From IMG/VR virus record IMGVR_UViG_3300010399_000031, positions 62,001 to 126,000 of that record: a stretch of DNA of 64,000 nt. The stretch is one strand, 5' to 3'. Of this stretch, positions 45,016-54,577 are shown in pieces. The position numbers and the translations under genes were made by a program. Numbering within the stretch: the stretch's first letter is position 1; each line of letters begins with the position of its first letter. Under the pieces are notes generated by a model, which had not been told where the DNA came from, made no database searches, and saw nothing but the letters and a program-made list of their open reading frames with translations.

Positions 45016-46765
45016 TGTTCATATCCTCTCTAAACGCATCTAACAGTTGATCAAGGTCAGGTAGTCCAAAGAGCGTAACGGCTACCTCCACGGCGTTGGT
45101 CTGACCCCCGCTTAGATTAATGCCAGCCATTTTACGCTCGTAAAGCGACACCCCATCAATTGAACACAACTCACGATGAGTGGTTTCTTTCGAGATGTTC
45201 GCCACTTCCTCGTTGGTGGGGTAAGAGGCAGAGACATCTAAGTCACCCGTGTGACCCCGAAAGTTCGTTCTTAACCAAGGGGCATGTTTGATAACTTGCA
45301 AACCGTTATCATGCACCAAGTGTGCCGGCAGCGTAATGATCCAGCCTTCTGCGTCTACCGTTTTTGCATCGATCGCATCGCGCATGTTGTTCGATGTCGT
45401 AGCGATCATCAAACCTTCCGGTGCGTCCTCTGCCCGGTGCGATAAACAGTAGTAATGCAAATCATCGACCATCCGTCTCGGCTGGCTTTTAAAGTTCGAG
45501 AAATCCGAACAGCCCGAGAACATCGGCAACTTCAATGCCATGTCCTGGATCTTATCTTCCAACTCCTGCATCCCCACGCCATCGAAGAAGTTGTAGATGA
45601 TGTATTCCAGTGGATAGTACTTTTGCATCTCTTGGTGCCACTCAAGCGTGCCTTCCGTGACGCTCGTGATACCTTCAAACTTAAGCTTACCGCGTTTGAT
45701 CTCCTTGTTCAAAATCGCATCCAGTCCGTAACTTTGTTCTTTTTGTTCTTGATTACGAATCTGGTAATACAGACACATCGCATCCATCACGTAGTACGAG
45801 GCAGGAACGTACAACGTGTGCCAGCGCTCAGCAGGAGTCAATGACTTAACGACACCAGATGCGGTGACTTTTTGCGAAGTGCCTTGAACGTAGTTACAAA
45901 AACGATAAGGTTTAGGGACGCTGGGATCAGACAGAACATCAGCCGGATCGATCCCGTACTTCTTTAACGTTGCGAGAATGCGCTGAATATCGAAGTCGAT
46001 GTTCCAGCACGAGACAAAGTCCGGCTTTAACGCATGAATCCACTCGAACTGTCGCGTGATCAATTCAACCGCGTTATCGCACCAAGTGATCTTCCACTCG
46101 ATCTGACGACGAGTGACAACGTCGCCGAGTTTTTCCATCAAGAGTTTGCGCAAGCGTTCTTCAGGGTTGACTTGCCCCGATACGAAGTCTTTCAATATCG
46201 TGGTGTGGACAGTTTTCCCATAAGCGCAAACAATGATGATCGGGTCATCGGTACCATTGATGACATCGGTTTCGATGTCTAGTGGAGCAGACACATACGG
46301 CGTGTTAAGATGCGGAAACTTATCCTGGTAGTGACGCTTAAGTACGGCGGTCGATAAAATATCTGCCCCGTACAAATACGCCCCAGATACCCCGATTGTT
46401 TTTTCTTCTTCCTTGGTTCGCACGGCTGCCAGGGTGCGAACATTGTACAAAGACGGATCTTTCACCTTGAGCACTTGTCTGATCTTATTGACAAGATCAC
46501 ACTGACGTGCTTTGTAGATATTTAACCGCTCCACTCTCTCCCATTCTTTTTTGTCCCGGTGCCGCCTTTCGTGTTCTTTAGTGACACCAAACTCCCTTTC
46601 AAAATCCTTCCAGAACCGTAGGTTAGGCTTTGTAGTGCCGTCTTTATAGTGGATGATTTCTTTCACCACATGCATGTCGGGCATTCCCCGCTCAGGGGGT
46701 TTAGCATAGACGACATGCCGGCACTCGTACCCTGCAATTTCTGCTTTCTCTGTCTTGGTGGCCAT
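45002..46765 (-). CDS. family B DNA polymerase, exonuclease/motif A subunit (phiKZ gp82-like)
   Basis: ExoI LDIETD, ExoII WNIDFD, ExoIII YNFFD, motif A DLDVSASYP. Confidence 0.88.
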   Translation of the reverse strand: MATKTEKAEIAGYECRHVVYAKPPERGMPDMHVVKEIIHYKDGTTKPNLRFWKDFEREFGVTKEHERRHRDKKEWERVERLNIYKARQCDLVNKIRQVLKVKDPSLYNVRTLAAVRTKEEEKTIGVSGAYLYGADILSTAVLKRHYQDKFPHLNTPYVSAPLDIETDVINGTDDPIIIVCAYGKTVHTTILKDFVSGQVNPEERLRKLLMEKLGDVVTRRQIEWKITWCDNAVELITRQFEWIHALKPDFVSCWNIDFDIQRILATLKKYGIDPADVLSDPSVPKPYRFCNYVQGTSQKVTASGVVKSLTPAERWHTLYVPASYYVMDAMCLYYQIRNQEQKEQSYGLDAILNKEIKRGKLKFEGITSVTEGTLEWHQEMQKYYPLEYIIYNFFDGVGMQELEDKIQDMALKLPMFSGCSDFSNFKSQPRRMVDDLHYYCLSHRAEDAPEGLMIATTSNNMRDAIDAKTVDAEGWIITLPAHLVHDNGLQVIKHAPWLRTNFRGHTGDLDVSASYPTNEEVANISKETTHRELCSIDGVSLYERKMAGINLSGGQTNAVEVAVTLFGLPDLDQLLDAFREDMNNGAV

Positions 46766-46897
46766 GTTCTTCGCTTCACTTCAAGGAACTACCAATGAGT
46801 ATGAGGTTTCGCTCACCTAAACCATTTAGCGGTATGCTTTTTTCTGATTGTAAGTTTAGGCGAGTGGATCAATTATTTTTCTTCTAAGAGGCTTTCC

Positions 46898-48202
46898 ATG
46901 ACGTCACTTCTTCGCGGGCTCAGCATGGAGTCCATCCGGTTTCAGCACAGCCAAGCGTTTTTCAAGGAGTTGACGCTCGCCTTCACCGAGCTGAGAAAAA
47001 ACAAAGGAAAGAATCTGCGTGACGCAGGCGAAGCCAGCGGACACATTTCCAAGATTATCAAAAACCACACCAACCTGAAGGTGCCGTTCGACATCTCGGA
47101 TTATGGCCCGATGGTGGAAACACCCCACCTAAATAAGAACCATCCCCTGATTCACGACATCCGGCGCGATTGGATCAGTTCCGCCGATGGTTTAAGAGCC
47201 ATCACCGATGCGGGTAATTCGGTCAAAGGCACAGTGAATCTTGTCACCGGCAAAGTGACTGGTGTTTTCACCGACATGGAAAACCGGATGTATTATCCGG
47301 AATCGATGCTCACGTCAAATCGTTGGACGAACGAAGAGCATGCTGCAATTGTTCTGCACGAAGTAGGTCACTTGATGACCTACTGTGAGTATATGGATCG
47401 CACCGTAACAACCAACCAAGTGTTGGCCGCCATGTCGATGGCGCTTGGTAAGGCCGGTACCGCTGAGCAGCGAGAAGCAATTCTCGTAAGCACAAAAAAA
47501 GCGCTCAGTCTGGATCTGGATACGACCGAGCTTGCCAAAGAAAAGAACAACGAAGTGATCACTTATGTGGTCATCTCCAATGTCGCTAAAACAACGGCCG
47601 ATGAAATCGGATTTAACATTTACGATCTGAATACCTGGGAAGCACTCTCAGATCAGTACGCGGCACGCCAAGGAGCTGGGGCTCACCTTGTTACGGCATT
47701 GGACAAACTTTACAGAATGCACGGTAATATCAGTTTCCGTTCCACGCCGATGTATTTGGGAATGGAAGCCTTGAAGTTCACCCTGATGTTCGGCGGTACT
47801 TTGCTTGCTATGACAGGTGGCCTCACAGCCATCGCGGGTCGGTACGCAATGGGTTTCGGTGTTGCATTCATCATGATGGATGGCATCGGCGATGGTACCT
47901 ACGATCGCCCTGGTATGCGGCTCTTGCGCGTACGCAATCAGATCGTTGAAGAAATGAAGAACAAAAAGATTACTCCGGGACAAGGTCAGCGACTTTCGGA
48001 AGATCTTCTGGCCATCGACGAAGTACTCAAAGATGTCAACGATCGCGAACAATTTTGGGGTAAGTTGTACAACCTCTTTTCTAGCGATGCGCGTAGTCGC
48101 ATGTCGCAGGAAAAACTCACCAAAGAGTTGGAGACGATTGCAGCGAACGATTTGTTCGTCTCCAGCTTGAAGTTGCGTCAGCAGGCGCAAGCCATGGCTT
48201 AA
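46898..48202 (+). CDS. virion head protein with HEXXH zinc-metalloprotease motif (phiKZ gp84 position)
   Basis: N-terminal SME maturation site; VLHEVGH; WEALSDQYAARQGAG...ALDKL. Confidence 0.7.
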   Translation: MTSLLRGLSMESIRFQHSQAFFKELTLAFTELRKNKGKNLRDAGEASGHISKIIKNHTNLKVPFDISDYGPMVETPHLNKNHPLIHDIRRDWISSADGLRAITDAGNSVKGTVNLVTGKVTGVFTDMENRMYYPESMLTSNRWTNEEHAAIVLHEVGHLMTYCEYMDRTVTTNQVLAAMSMALGKAGTAEQREAILVSTKKALSLDLDTTELAKEKNNEVITYVVISNVAKTTADEIGFNIYDLNTWEALSDQYAARQGAGAHLVTALDKLYRMHGNISFRSTPMYLGMEALKFTLMFGGTLLAMTGGLTAIAGRYAMGFGVAFIMMDGIGDGTYDRPGMRLLRVRNQIVEEMKNKKITPGQGQRLSEDLLAIDEVLKDVNDREQFWGKLYNLFSSDARSRMSQEKLTKELETIAANDLFVSSLKLRQQAQAMA

Positions 48203-48226
48203 CCTTTCACCATCAAGATATCGATC

Positions 48227-48682
48227 ATGAAAATCGTCTTCTCCCGCTTGCAGGACCTGCTCACGCGACTCGTACCCGACGCAGGTCAACGACTGGATGT
48301 CCTCACGAGTGCCATGGCACTGGCGCATTCGCGTGTCACTTCTATCCCTTCGGGTCCGGTTCCCTCGCCCGCCGCGTATTACAATACGCAAGTGATGTCG
48401 GGGCTGGACGAAGCGCTCGCCAAGATGAACGAGCACGCGGTGTTCGACATGAAGTGTGCTCGTAACGAAGCGCGCCAGTTCTGGTTGCTGCGCTACGCGG
48501 CGGCGCACCCTGTCGTATTGCCGGTGGTTTCCGCCATCGGTTTTATCGACACGATCTGCGGCGCTGGTGTCTACATGGATCAGGACCTCATCTGCTTTTG
48601 TAACGACCACAAGGAACCGATCCTGCGCTTGGCTAGTGAAATCATCGCACTCATCGAAAGCGAAAACCAAAAGGTGGCCTAA
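48227..48682 (+). CDS. virion head protein (phiKZ gp85 position)
   Basis: 151-aa ORF with strong codon bias; synteny. Confidence 0.6.
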   Translation: MKIVFSRLQDLLTRLVPDAGQRLDVLTSAMALAHSRVTSIPSGPVPSPAAYYNTQVMSGLDEALAKMNEHAVFDMKCARNEARQFWLLRYAAAHPVVLPVVSAIGFIDTICGAGVYMDQDLICFCNDHKEPILRLASEIIALIESENQKVA

Positions 48683-50430
48683 TGTTCGCAGTCAACCTTA
48701 ATGGGGACGACGAGTTCGACCACCCGGACGTCGTCCTTATCGAAACCGTGGGCGCCGCGCAAGCGCCAGACTGGCATCCCGATGAGGAAATGGTCGCTGC
48801 ACTTGAGGCCCAATTCCTCGACCTTCAGTACTTGTTACAAGACATGTTCAAAGAAGGCGGGATGAATCAACAACTGGCCATGGAGGCGCACCGGGTGCTG
48901 CCGGAAATGGCTGAGAAGTATCCGTTGGGGTACTTCACCAAACAAACCACCGCCACGCTTTATAAGCCTGCTTTAGAAGAGTTGCATGCAGGTGTCTGGG
49001 CGTTAATCGGGGCAGCCTCACTGGCTATTGCAGCTATCATCTGGAAGTTTGTGCGCTGGGTGGTGCGCAAATGGAAGGGAGAACCCGCTGGTGCCGGCGC
49101 AGGCGGCTCTAGTTCCAGTGATGGTCGTCCGTCGGACTCCGAGATCGATCGGGAGATCAAAGAGGCCACGACTGCGGCAGAGCAAAAGATCGAGCAAAAC
49201 GATGCTGCGGTTGAGCAGATGCGTGAGCTTGAATCGGTGCAAAAGGAAGCGGTTTCCAAAGTTGAAGACGAGTTGCGTAAAGTGCGCACTTCGACCAAGG
49301 ATGAAATCGCCAAAGAAAAGGGTGACTTGACGAGTGAAGATCTGACTTCATTCGAGTCAGCCTCCGAGACGCTTGTCGAGCGTCATGCACCGGGGCGTTT
49401 TACGCACCTCATCGACCAATCGCGTAATGCCTGGTTTGACATCGTGCAAGATGGTCGTTGGACCAAATTGATGCTCTCGCTCGCCCCTGTGCTCTCCTCC
49501 ATCGAGCAGCAACTCGTGCAGCGTGTGCAAACGTTTGAGTCGATTTTCTCGGTGACGCAAACGCAAGGTGATCCGGTGCGCCATAAAACCGCGATGGACA
49601 TCATTGCAAGCGTCAAGGAGCCGATCAAACTGCCCGGTGAGTACCAAGACCTGCATCAGCTCTCGCGCATGCTCGATAAGCCTGATCACTTGATGGCTTT
49701 TAACGCAGGCAAGAAGAAACTCGAACCTGTGGTCGCCGGGGAAAAGCTTGCTGCTTTGATGGCCTCCTCCCAGTATAAGGCGCTACTCGAAGTGCGGGTG
49801 CGTTTCATCGAAAAACTGGGGATGCTACACAAACAGCAGATCAAATTGGGGGAAATCTCCAATCGATGGAATGCTGCTCACCCCGGTCAAGGTATTGGCA
49901 TGGGGGTACCGCAAGACATCTCGGAAGCCATGGCTCCGGCCATTACGCTGCTCAAACGTGAACTTGTGTACATGATGCTTGTGAACACGGCGATCGAAAC
50001 GTTCTTGGACGAAATCGATCGGTTCAATTTGACATTGGCCAACTGGTGGTCGGTGGCGTGGAGAGCGTTTGAGCACTACGCGGCGAACACCAAAGTACCC
50101 GAAGGTGCTCCGAAGATCGAGATGCCGGTGGAAGTGCAAAAAGCACAAGGTATCTTGACACTTTTGCGTCGTGCGATGGGTAAAGTTCCGGCGTCCGACT
50201 TGGGTCAGAGCTTGGCTCACTTGCCGGGTCACGCCAAGAACGCGGCAGCTAGTGCAGCGCACAAACTTAGCCAAGCCGCAGGTAAAGCCGTACAAGCGGG
50301 TGCCGCTAAACCGGCAGGTCAGGTGGCCGAACCTAAGGGTGCATCGGGACCCGCAGGAAACCGCCAGATTCCAACGAATCAGTGGCAAAACGCTTCAACC
50401 AAACCGAAGAAGGGCGGCTCTCAAGTCTAG
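48682..50430 (+). CDS. virion head protein with cleavable acidic propeptide (phiKZ gp86 position)
   Basis: ALE/AME sites in acidic N-terminus followed by a hydrophobic helix. Confidence 0.7.
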   Translation: MFAVNLNGDDEFDHPDVVLIETVGAAQAPDWHPDEEMVAALEAQFLDLQYLLQDMFKEGGMNQQLAMEAHRVLPEMAEKYPLGYFTKQTTATLYKPALEELHAGVWALIGAASLAIAAIIWKFVRWVVRKWKGEPAGAGAGGSSSSDGRPSDSEIDREIKEATTAAEQKIEQNDAAVEQMRELESVQKEAVSKVEDELRKVRTSTKDEIAKEKGDLTSEDLTSFESASETLVERHAPGRFTHLIDQSRNAWFDIVQDGRWTKLMLSLAPVLSSIEQQLVQRVQTFESIFSVTQTQGDPVRHKTAMDIIASVKEPIKLPGEYQDLHQLSRMLDKPDHLMAFNAGKKKLEPVVAGEKLAALMASSQYKALLEVRVRFIEKLGMLHKQQIKLGEISNRWNAAHPGQGIGMGVPQDISEAMAPAITLLKRELVYMMLVNTAIETFLDEIDRFNLTLANWWSVAWRAFEHYAANTKVPEGAPKIEMPVEVQKAQGILTLLRRAMGKVPASDLGQSLAHLPGHAKNAAASAAHKLSQAAGKAVQAGAAKPAGQVAEPKGASGPAGNRQIPTNQWQNASTKPKKGGSQV

Positions 50431-50444
50431 ACTTGGGACATATC

Positions 50445-50476
50445 GGGGTCCCTCACGGGACCCCTTTTATGCCGTC
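50445..50476. terminator. terminator hairpin followed by TATGCC
   Basis: GGGGTCCC-TCAC-GGGACCCC-TTTTATGCCGTC. Confidence 0.85.
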
Positions 50477-50478
50477 AC

Positions 50479-53421
50479 TTAGTTGGCAATCACCGACTCG
50501 TCATGAACTATGAAGTTCACCGTCAGATCCTCCATCAGTACGAGTGAATTATCCGTAAGCGCAACAAGCTTCTTGCGCAGTGAAGCACGGATCGAATCGT
50601 CCAGTATGGTAAAGAGCGGCAAGTTCTGCGCCGCACTACCCAAGCCTGTCAAATCCACTGCAATCACATCGTTACCGAAAGCGATCTTCAGCGCCTCTTC
50701 AATCGAGTCGCGCGAGACTTGCGGCGCCGTCAACTGCATCGCGATAATCTGCGTCGCAGTAAGCGTCAACCGTGTGCGCAAATCAGCGTTGTTATACACT
50801 GACTTATCCACATAAAGCGCAAGCTCTAGCGACTGCCCTGCCTCGATCGTGGTTTTCAGCGAGGCCCCCACCATCACATCGACTTGACCCAAAGTCTTCT
50901 TCGGATAGAAGTAGAGATTGGATTGCTCCAGAAGCTGTGCGTTCAGTTGTGCCAAGGCCCCGGTCATCCAAGTCAAAAGTGTATCGATCATCTGGCTACG
51001 GTAAGCTTGAGCAGCCGAGTCGGTCGCAAACTTATACACCCCCTCGATGAGCAAGAAGTCAATCTGTCGCGTCATCCCGCGCGGGTTAGCCACAATCGGT
51101 GCCCCTGCGGCATCTAGCACGAGTGTACCCTTCGCGTGCAAGATCACAGGGTTACCATTGGCGTCGGTGACCGCGTCTCCCTTGTGGTGCAAGATCGTGT
51201 ATTGCGGTTGCCCGTTGACGATCGTAAAGACCGCACCGCTGACCGGGTCACGCTGGTAGACGTCTGCTTGGTAAGTGGCCGGAATATCAGCGTCGTACGT
51301 CTGATACACCTGAGTGGAGATCACCGAGCGAGCACGTGCCCACAGAGTAGAGAGCGACGTACCGAATTGCACCCGCAAAGATTCATGCGTGATCCCCACT
51401 GCGTTAAGCGGCAGGAATGCACGCCCTAGTACCGTGTCGACTTCAGCAGACACCCACTGCGTATCCATCACAGCGGTCGTTGCAAAGACAATGTCAAAGT
51501 CTTGCAACAGAGGTGAACCCACCAGACGCGGCTCCGTCGTGAACATCAAGAACTTGGTCAGTTGGATGCAGTCGTTGGCATCGACGTTCATGTTCGAGGA
51601 CAAGTCGAACTCGTACACGCGCTCTTTACCCGTGCTGTCGTAGCCGATTAACGTACCGGCCAGATAAGCACGATCCTTCTCTTTTTCCGGGACAAACGAC
51701 AGCTGGACGTAAATCTGATCGTCCTTCAGTGCCTGGAAAGTTGCACCCGAGACAGTCTGCACCCGGACTTTGTATCCCGTCGTAGTACGGATGATTTCGT
51801 AATTGGATGAGACATTGACCTGAAGTAGCGTCGTGTCGTTATCCGAGATAAAGAGCTTGGTCTGGATAACCGGATCATCCAGGTAGTACGGACGCACCGC
51901 AAAGCCGTTATTACTGGAGTCGAGCACGTAATGAAACGGTGTGTACAGATAGTTACCGTCGGTGATCATCAAGGCTTTCTGATCCGGCGGCAACGCATTA
52001 AGCATCGCGATCTCTGCGTCCGAGACCAATGAAACCACTCCGTTGACGTCCTGATACAACGCATCCGGGGTGAGCGTCATGGCATTTTGCGATGCCGTGT
52101 TATCGACCACGTACGAATGCGCAGAGAGCGAATCGAGTGAGAACGACACCGTGGCATTGCTCGTACCAGCCGGGGTAAGCAGCGTGCTATTGACCGGTTG
52201 AGGTAAAGTACGAGAGGCCAAGAACGTACGGTTGGTGATGTTATCGATATTGGTCACCACCGTGAAGCCCAGATCTGCCAGTGCGTCTTGCAAATCGATG
52301 TTGCTAATCGGCGTCTTTTTCGGCCCCACGCTGTTGTTGATCACCTGCGCGCGCAGCGTATCGAACGATAACCCATCTGAGCCGCCGTTAAGCGTGCTCG
52401 TTGAATAGGCAAAGATCGCCGTGAGCGATTGCAACGGCACCGTGTAAGCGGTCTCATCGTTCTGATCGAACGCTTGGAACTTCACGATGAAGTTGGCAAT
52501 CTCGTAGTTATCGAGTACCATATTGACCAAACCCTTGGTCGTATAGATGTCGATCCGTACTGCTGACTTGATTACCCCTGTGGCCGTGTAAATCTGCGGG
52601 ATGGAAACACTTAGTATGTTTGTGTCTTCGTCGACCTGAAGCACCGCTGTCGGAGTGGTGATGTCGTAGATTTGTGACGAGTGCGTCGTCACCATCTCGT
52701 TCCATGTACCGTCGCTGTTTTGCAACCAGACCCGGCAGTAGTAGAACTGATCACTGTACTTAAACTGATAGAAAAAGCGCGTCGAAGCGTTGGCGTTTTG
52801 CGTCACCGACGCGCCGCTCATTTGCATGACTTGAAACTGGAACTGCAAATACGTGAGCGTGCCGTCCGAGACCAACTCCCACGCGATCAAGTTATCCGAG
52901 AGTGTTTGAAGTGGAGATGCTTCGCTCGTATCGTACACGATTTGAATCCCACCGTGCAGCAGCTGGCGAATCTCGATCGGATACTGAATCATGAAATCCG
53001 TATCGGCAACTGTAATCACGGTGTTGCGGGGAATCACCACCTTCTTGATCCCGGTGGCGGGATCAAGCACCATCTTCGAGAGTAGCTCCGCATACGGTAG
53101 CATCATCCAGAAGGTGTCGGTCACTGGTGTGGCGAAACGCCCGATGTAATCCACATCGGACATGTGCAAATACAAGTCTTCTTGATCTTGCGCGGCAATT
53201 GGATATTGTTTGCGGTTTAACACTGTGTTTTGTGTCATCGCATTGGCTACGAGTACACAGGCGGACTCCATTACCAAGACGACGGGGTTGCTGGGGTCGA
53301 CGATTTGAATCGTCCCGTTACTGACGTCCTTCCACGACTGCAACATGGCGCGTTGCGACGCAGCAGGGTTGTAACCTAACGTGGAGAGTTGCGACAATGT
53401 ATCGCGTACAGAGGCTGCCAT
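50479..53421 (-). CDS. large baseplate/tail structural protein (phiKZ gp87 position)
   Basis: 980 aa, beta-rich; GGSDG...LRAQVIN segment resembles baseplate J/gp6-like proteins. Confidence 0.65.
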   Translation of the reverse strand: MAASVRDTLSQLSTLGYNPAASQRAMLQSWKDVSNGTIQIVDPSNPVVLVMESACVLVANAMTQNTVLNRKQYPIAAQDQEDLYLHMSDVDYIGRFATPVTDTFWMMLPYAELLSKMVLDPATGIKKVVIPRNTVITVADTDFMIQYPIEIRQLLHGGIQIVYDTSEASPLQTLSDNLIAWELVSDGTLTYLQFQFQVMQMSGASVTQNANASTRFFYQFKYSDQFYYCRVWLQNSDGTWNEMVTTHSSQIYDITTPTAVLQVDEDTNILSVSIPQIYTATGVIKSAVRIDIYTTKGLVNMVLDNYEIANFIVKFQAFDQNDETAYTVPLQSLTAIFAYSTSTLNGGSDGLSFDTLRAQVINNSVGPKKTPISNIDLQDALADLGFTVVTNIDNITNRTFLASRTLPQPVNSTLLTPAGTSNATVSFSLDSLSAHSYVVDNTASQNAMTLTPDALYQDVNGVVSLVSDAEIAMLNALPPDQKALMITDGNYLYTPFHYVLDSSNNGFAVRPYYLDDPVIQTKLFISDNDTTLLQVNVSSNYEIIRTTTGYKVRVQTVSGATFQALKDDQIYVQLSFVPEKEKDRAYLAGTLIGYDSTGKERVYEFDLSSNMNVDANDCIQLTKFLMFTTEPRLVGSPLLQDFDIVFATTAVMDTQWVSAEVDTVLGRAFLPLNAVGITHESLRVQFGTSLSTLWARARSVISTQVYQTYDADIPATYQADVYQRDPVSGAVFTIVNGQPQYTILHHKGDAVTDANGNPVILHAKGTLVLDAAGAPIVANPRGMTRQIDFLLIEGVYKFATDSAAQAYRSQMIDTLLTWMTGALAQLNAQLLEQSNLYFYPKKTLGQVDVMVGASLKTTIEAGQSLELALYVDKSVYNNADLRTRLTLTATQIIAMQLTAPQVSRDSIEEALKIAFGNDVIAVDLTGLGSAAQNLPLFTILDDSIRASLRKKLVALTDNSLVLMEDLTVNFIVHDESVIAN

Positions 53422-53435
53422 TGCTTTTTCCTCAA

Positions 53436-54545
53436 TTAACCCGTGATCTGTTTATCAAGTACCGCTTTTTGCTGAATCGCCGGCAAGAAGTAGTTGTACT
53501 GGTCATTATCGACCCACCACTCCAACTCGTACGTATTCGGATCGATCCGCGCGTAACCAGTGTTGTTAAAAATCGGCAAGGCCGACATTGGTACCTTGGT
53601 GTATTTGCTTGTCCGAACTGCATCGGCCATGTTGCTATTAAATAGCACAACCGTACGATTAAATTCGTCAATTAAAATATCGTCCAAATACGTCGCACCA
53701 AAGCAGCGAAAGTTAATCGTGATTTGGTCGTTTGACGAATTCAACGGTCCTTGTTGGGAGTCAAAGTTAAAGGCTGCTCCCGTTGGTGAAGTGAGTGGAA
53801 AAGACGCGCCTGTGGCTGCGATCTTTTGCACCTTGGTCTTAGTCGAATCGAGTACGACCCGGTAAATGCGGGTGTTGTAGTCGATTTCGTTTTCCCAGAT
53901 CATGTCAGAATAGGGGACAAGCGTGCCTTCAAAGACTGCCGCCATGTACTGGCACCAGTAAAAGAAAAATGCTGTGATGGGGTCACCAGGGATATTCCGG
54001 AAGGTTGCGGTTAATTCATATGACCGCACGGTCTCCGTAATGTTGCCGTCGACAAATCCAAACACTTCTTTATATAGCCCTTCGTGGGATTGGAATTCTT
54101 GCACCGAGATATCGGGCCACCCGTTCAAACTGAGTAGGTGGTTGGTAAGCGGTGCAATAAACGCCTGTTGAGGATCAATGAAAGGCGAACTTACTCCGTC
54201 TTGCACCAAGGTGTAGTCAAGCAAACAGCGAATCGCTCGCGGCAAACTGTCTTTCACCGTGGTTAGCAGTGGTGTGAACAGTCGGTGCGTCTGCAAGTTC
54301 GCTGTTGACAGATTCATTGCGGGTCGTGTGAAGAAAGCTAGGCCGTAGTAATCGCGATTAATCGGAATAGCCGGTGGCGTCTGGCGGTGGTTGATACCGT
54401 AGAAGCTACTGCCAATGGCGGTGCTGGAGGGGCTGATCTGCGAGAGCAGCTGCACGTGTTCCACATTGGCCGCTGGAGTACCGAGGTTTTTCTGCGATAA
54501 AAATGTGGGCAGATCCACCGCAGTCGGTTTTTTGATGTCAGCCAT
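53436..54545 (-). CDS. virion tail/baseplate structural protein (phiKZ gp88 position)
   Basis: 369 aa, co-oriented with the gp87-like gene; synteny. Confidence 0.6.
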   Translation of the reverse strand: MADIKKPTAVDLPTFLSQKNLGTPAANVEHVQLLSQISPSSTAIGSSFYGINHRQTPPAIPINRDYYGLAFFTRPAMNLSTANLQTHRLFTPLLTTVKDSLPRAIRCLLDYTLVQDGVSSPFIDPQQAFIAPLTNHLLSLNGWPDISVQEFQSHEGLYKEVFGFVDGNITETVRSYELTATFRNIPGDPITAFFFYWCQYMAAVFEGTLVPYSDMIWENEIDYNTRIYRVVLDSTKTKVQKIAATGASFPLTSPTGAAFNFDSQQGPLNSSNDQITINFRCFGATYLDDILIDEFNRTVVLFNSNMADAVRTSKYTKVPMSALPIFNNTGYARIDPNTYELEWWVDNDQYNYFLPAIQQKAVLDKQITG

Positions 54546-54577
54546 TTAAACCTCTAAGTAAGAAGGAATGATTCGCA

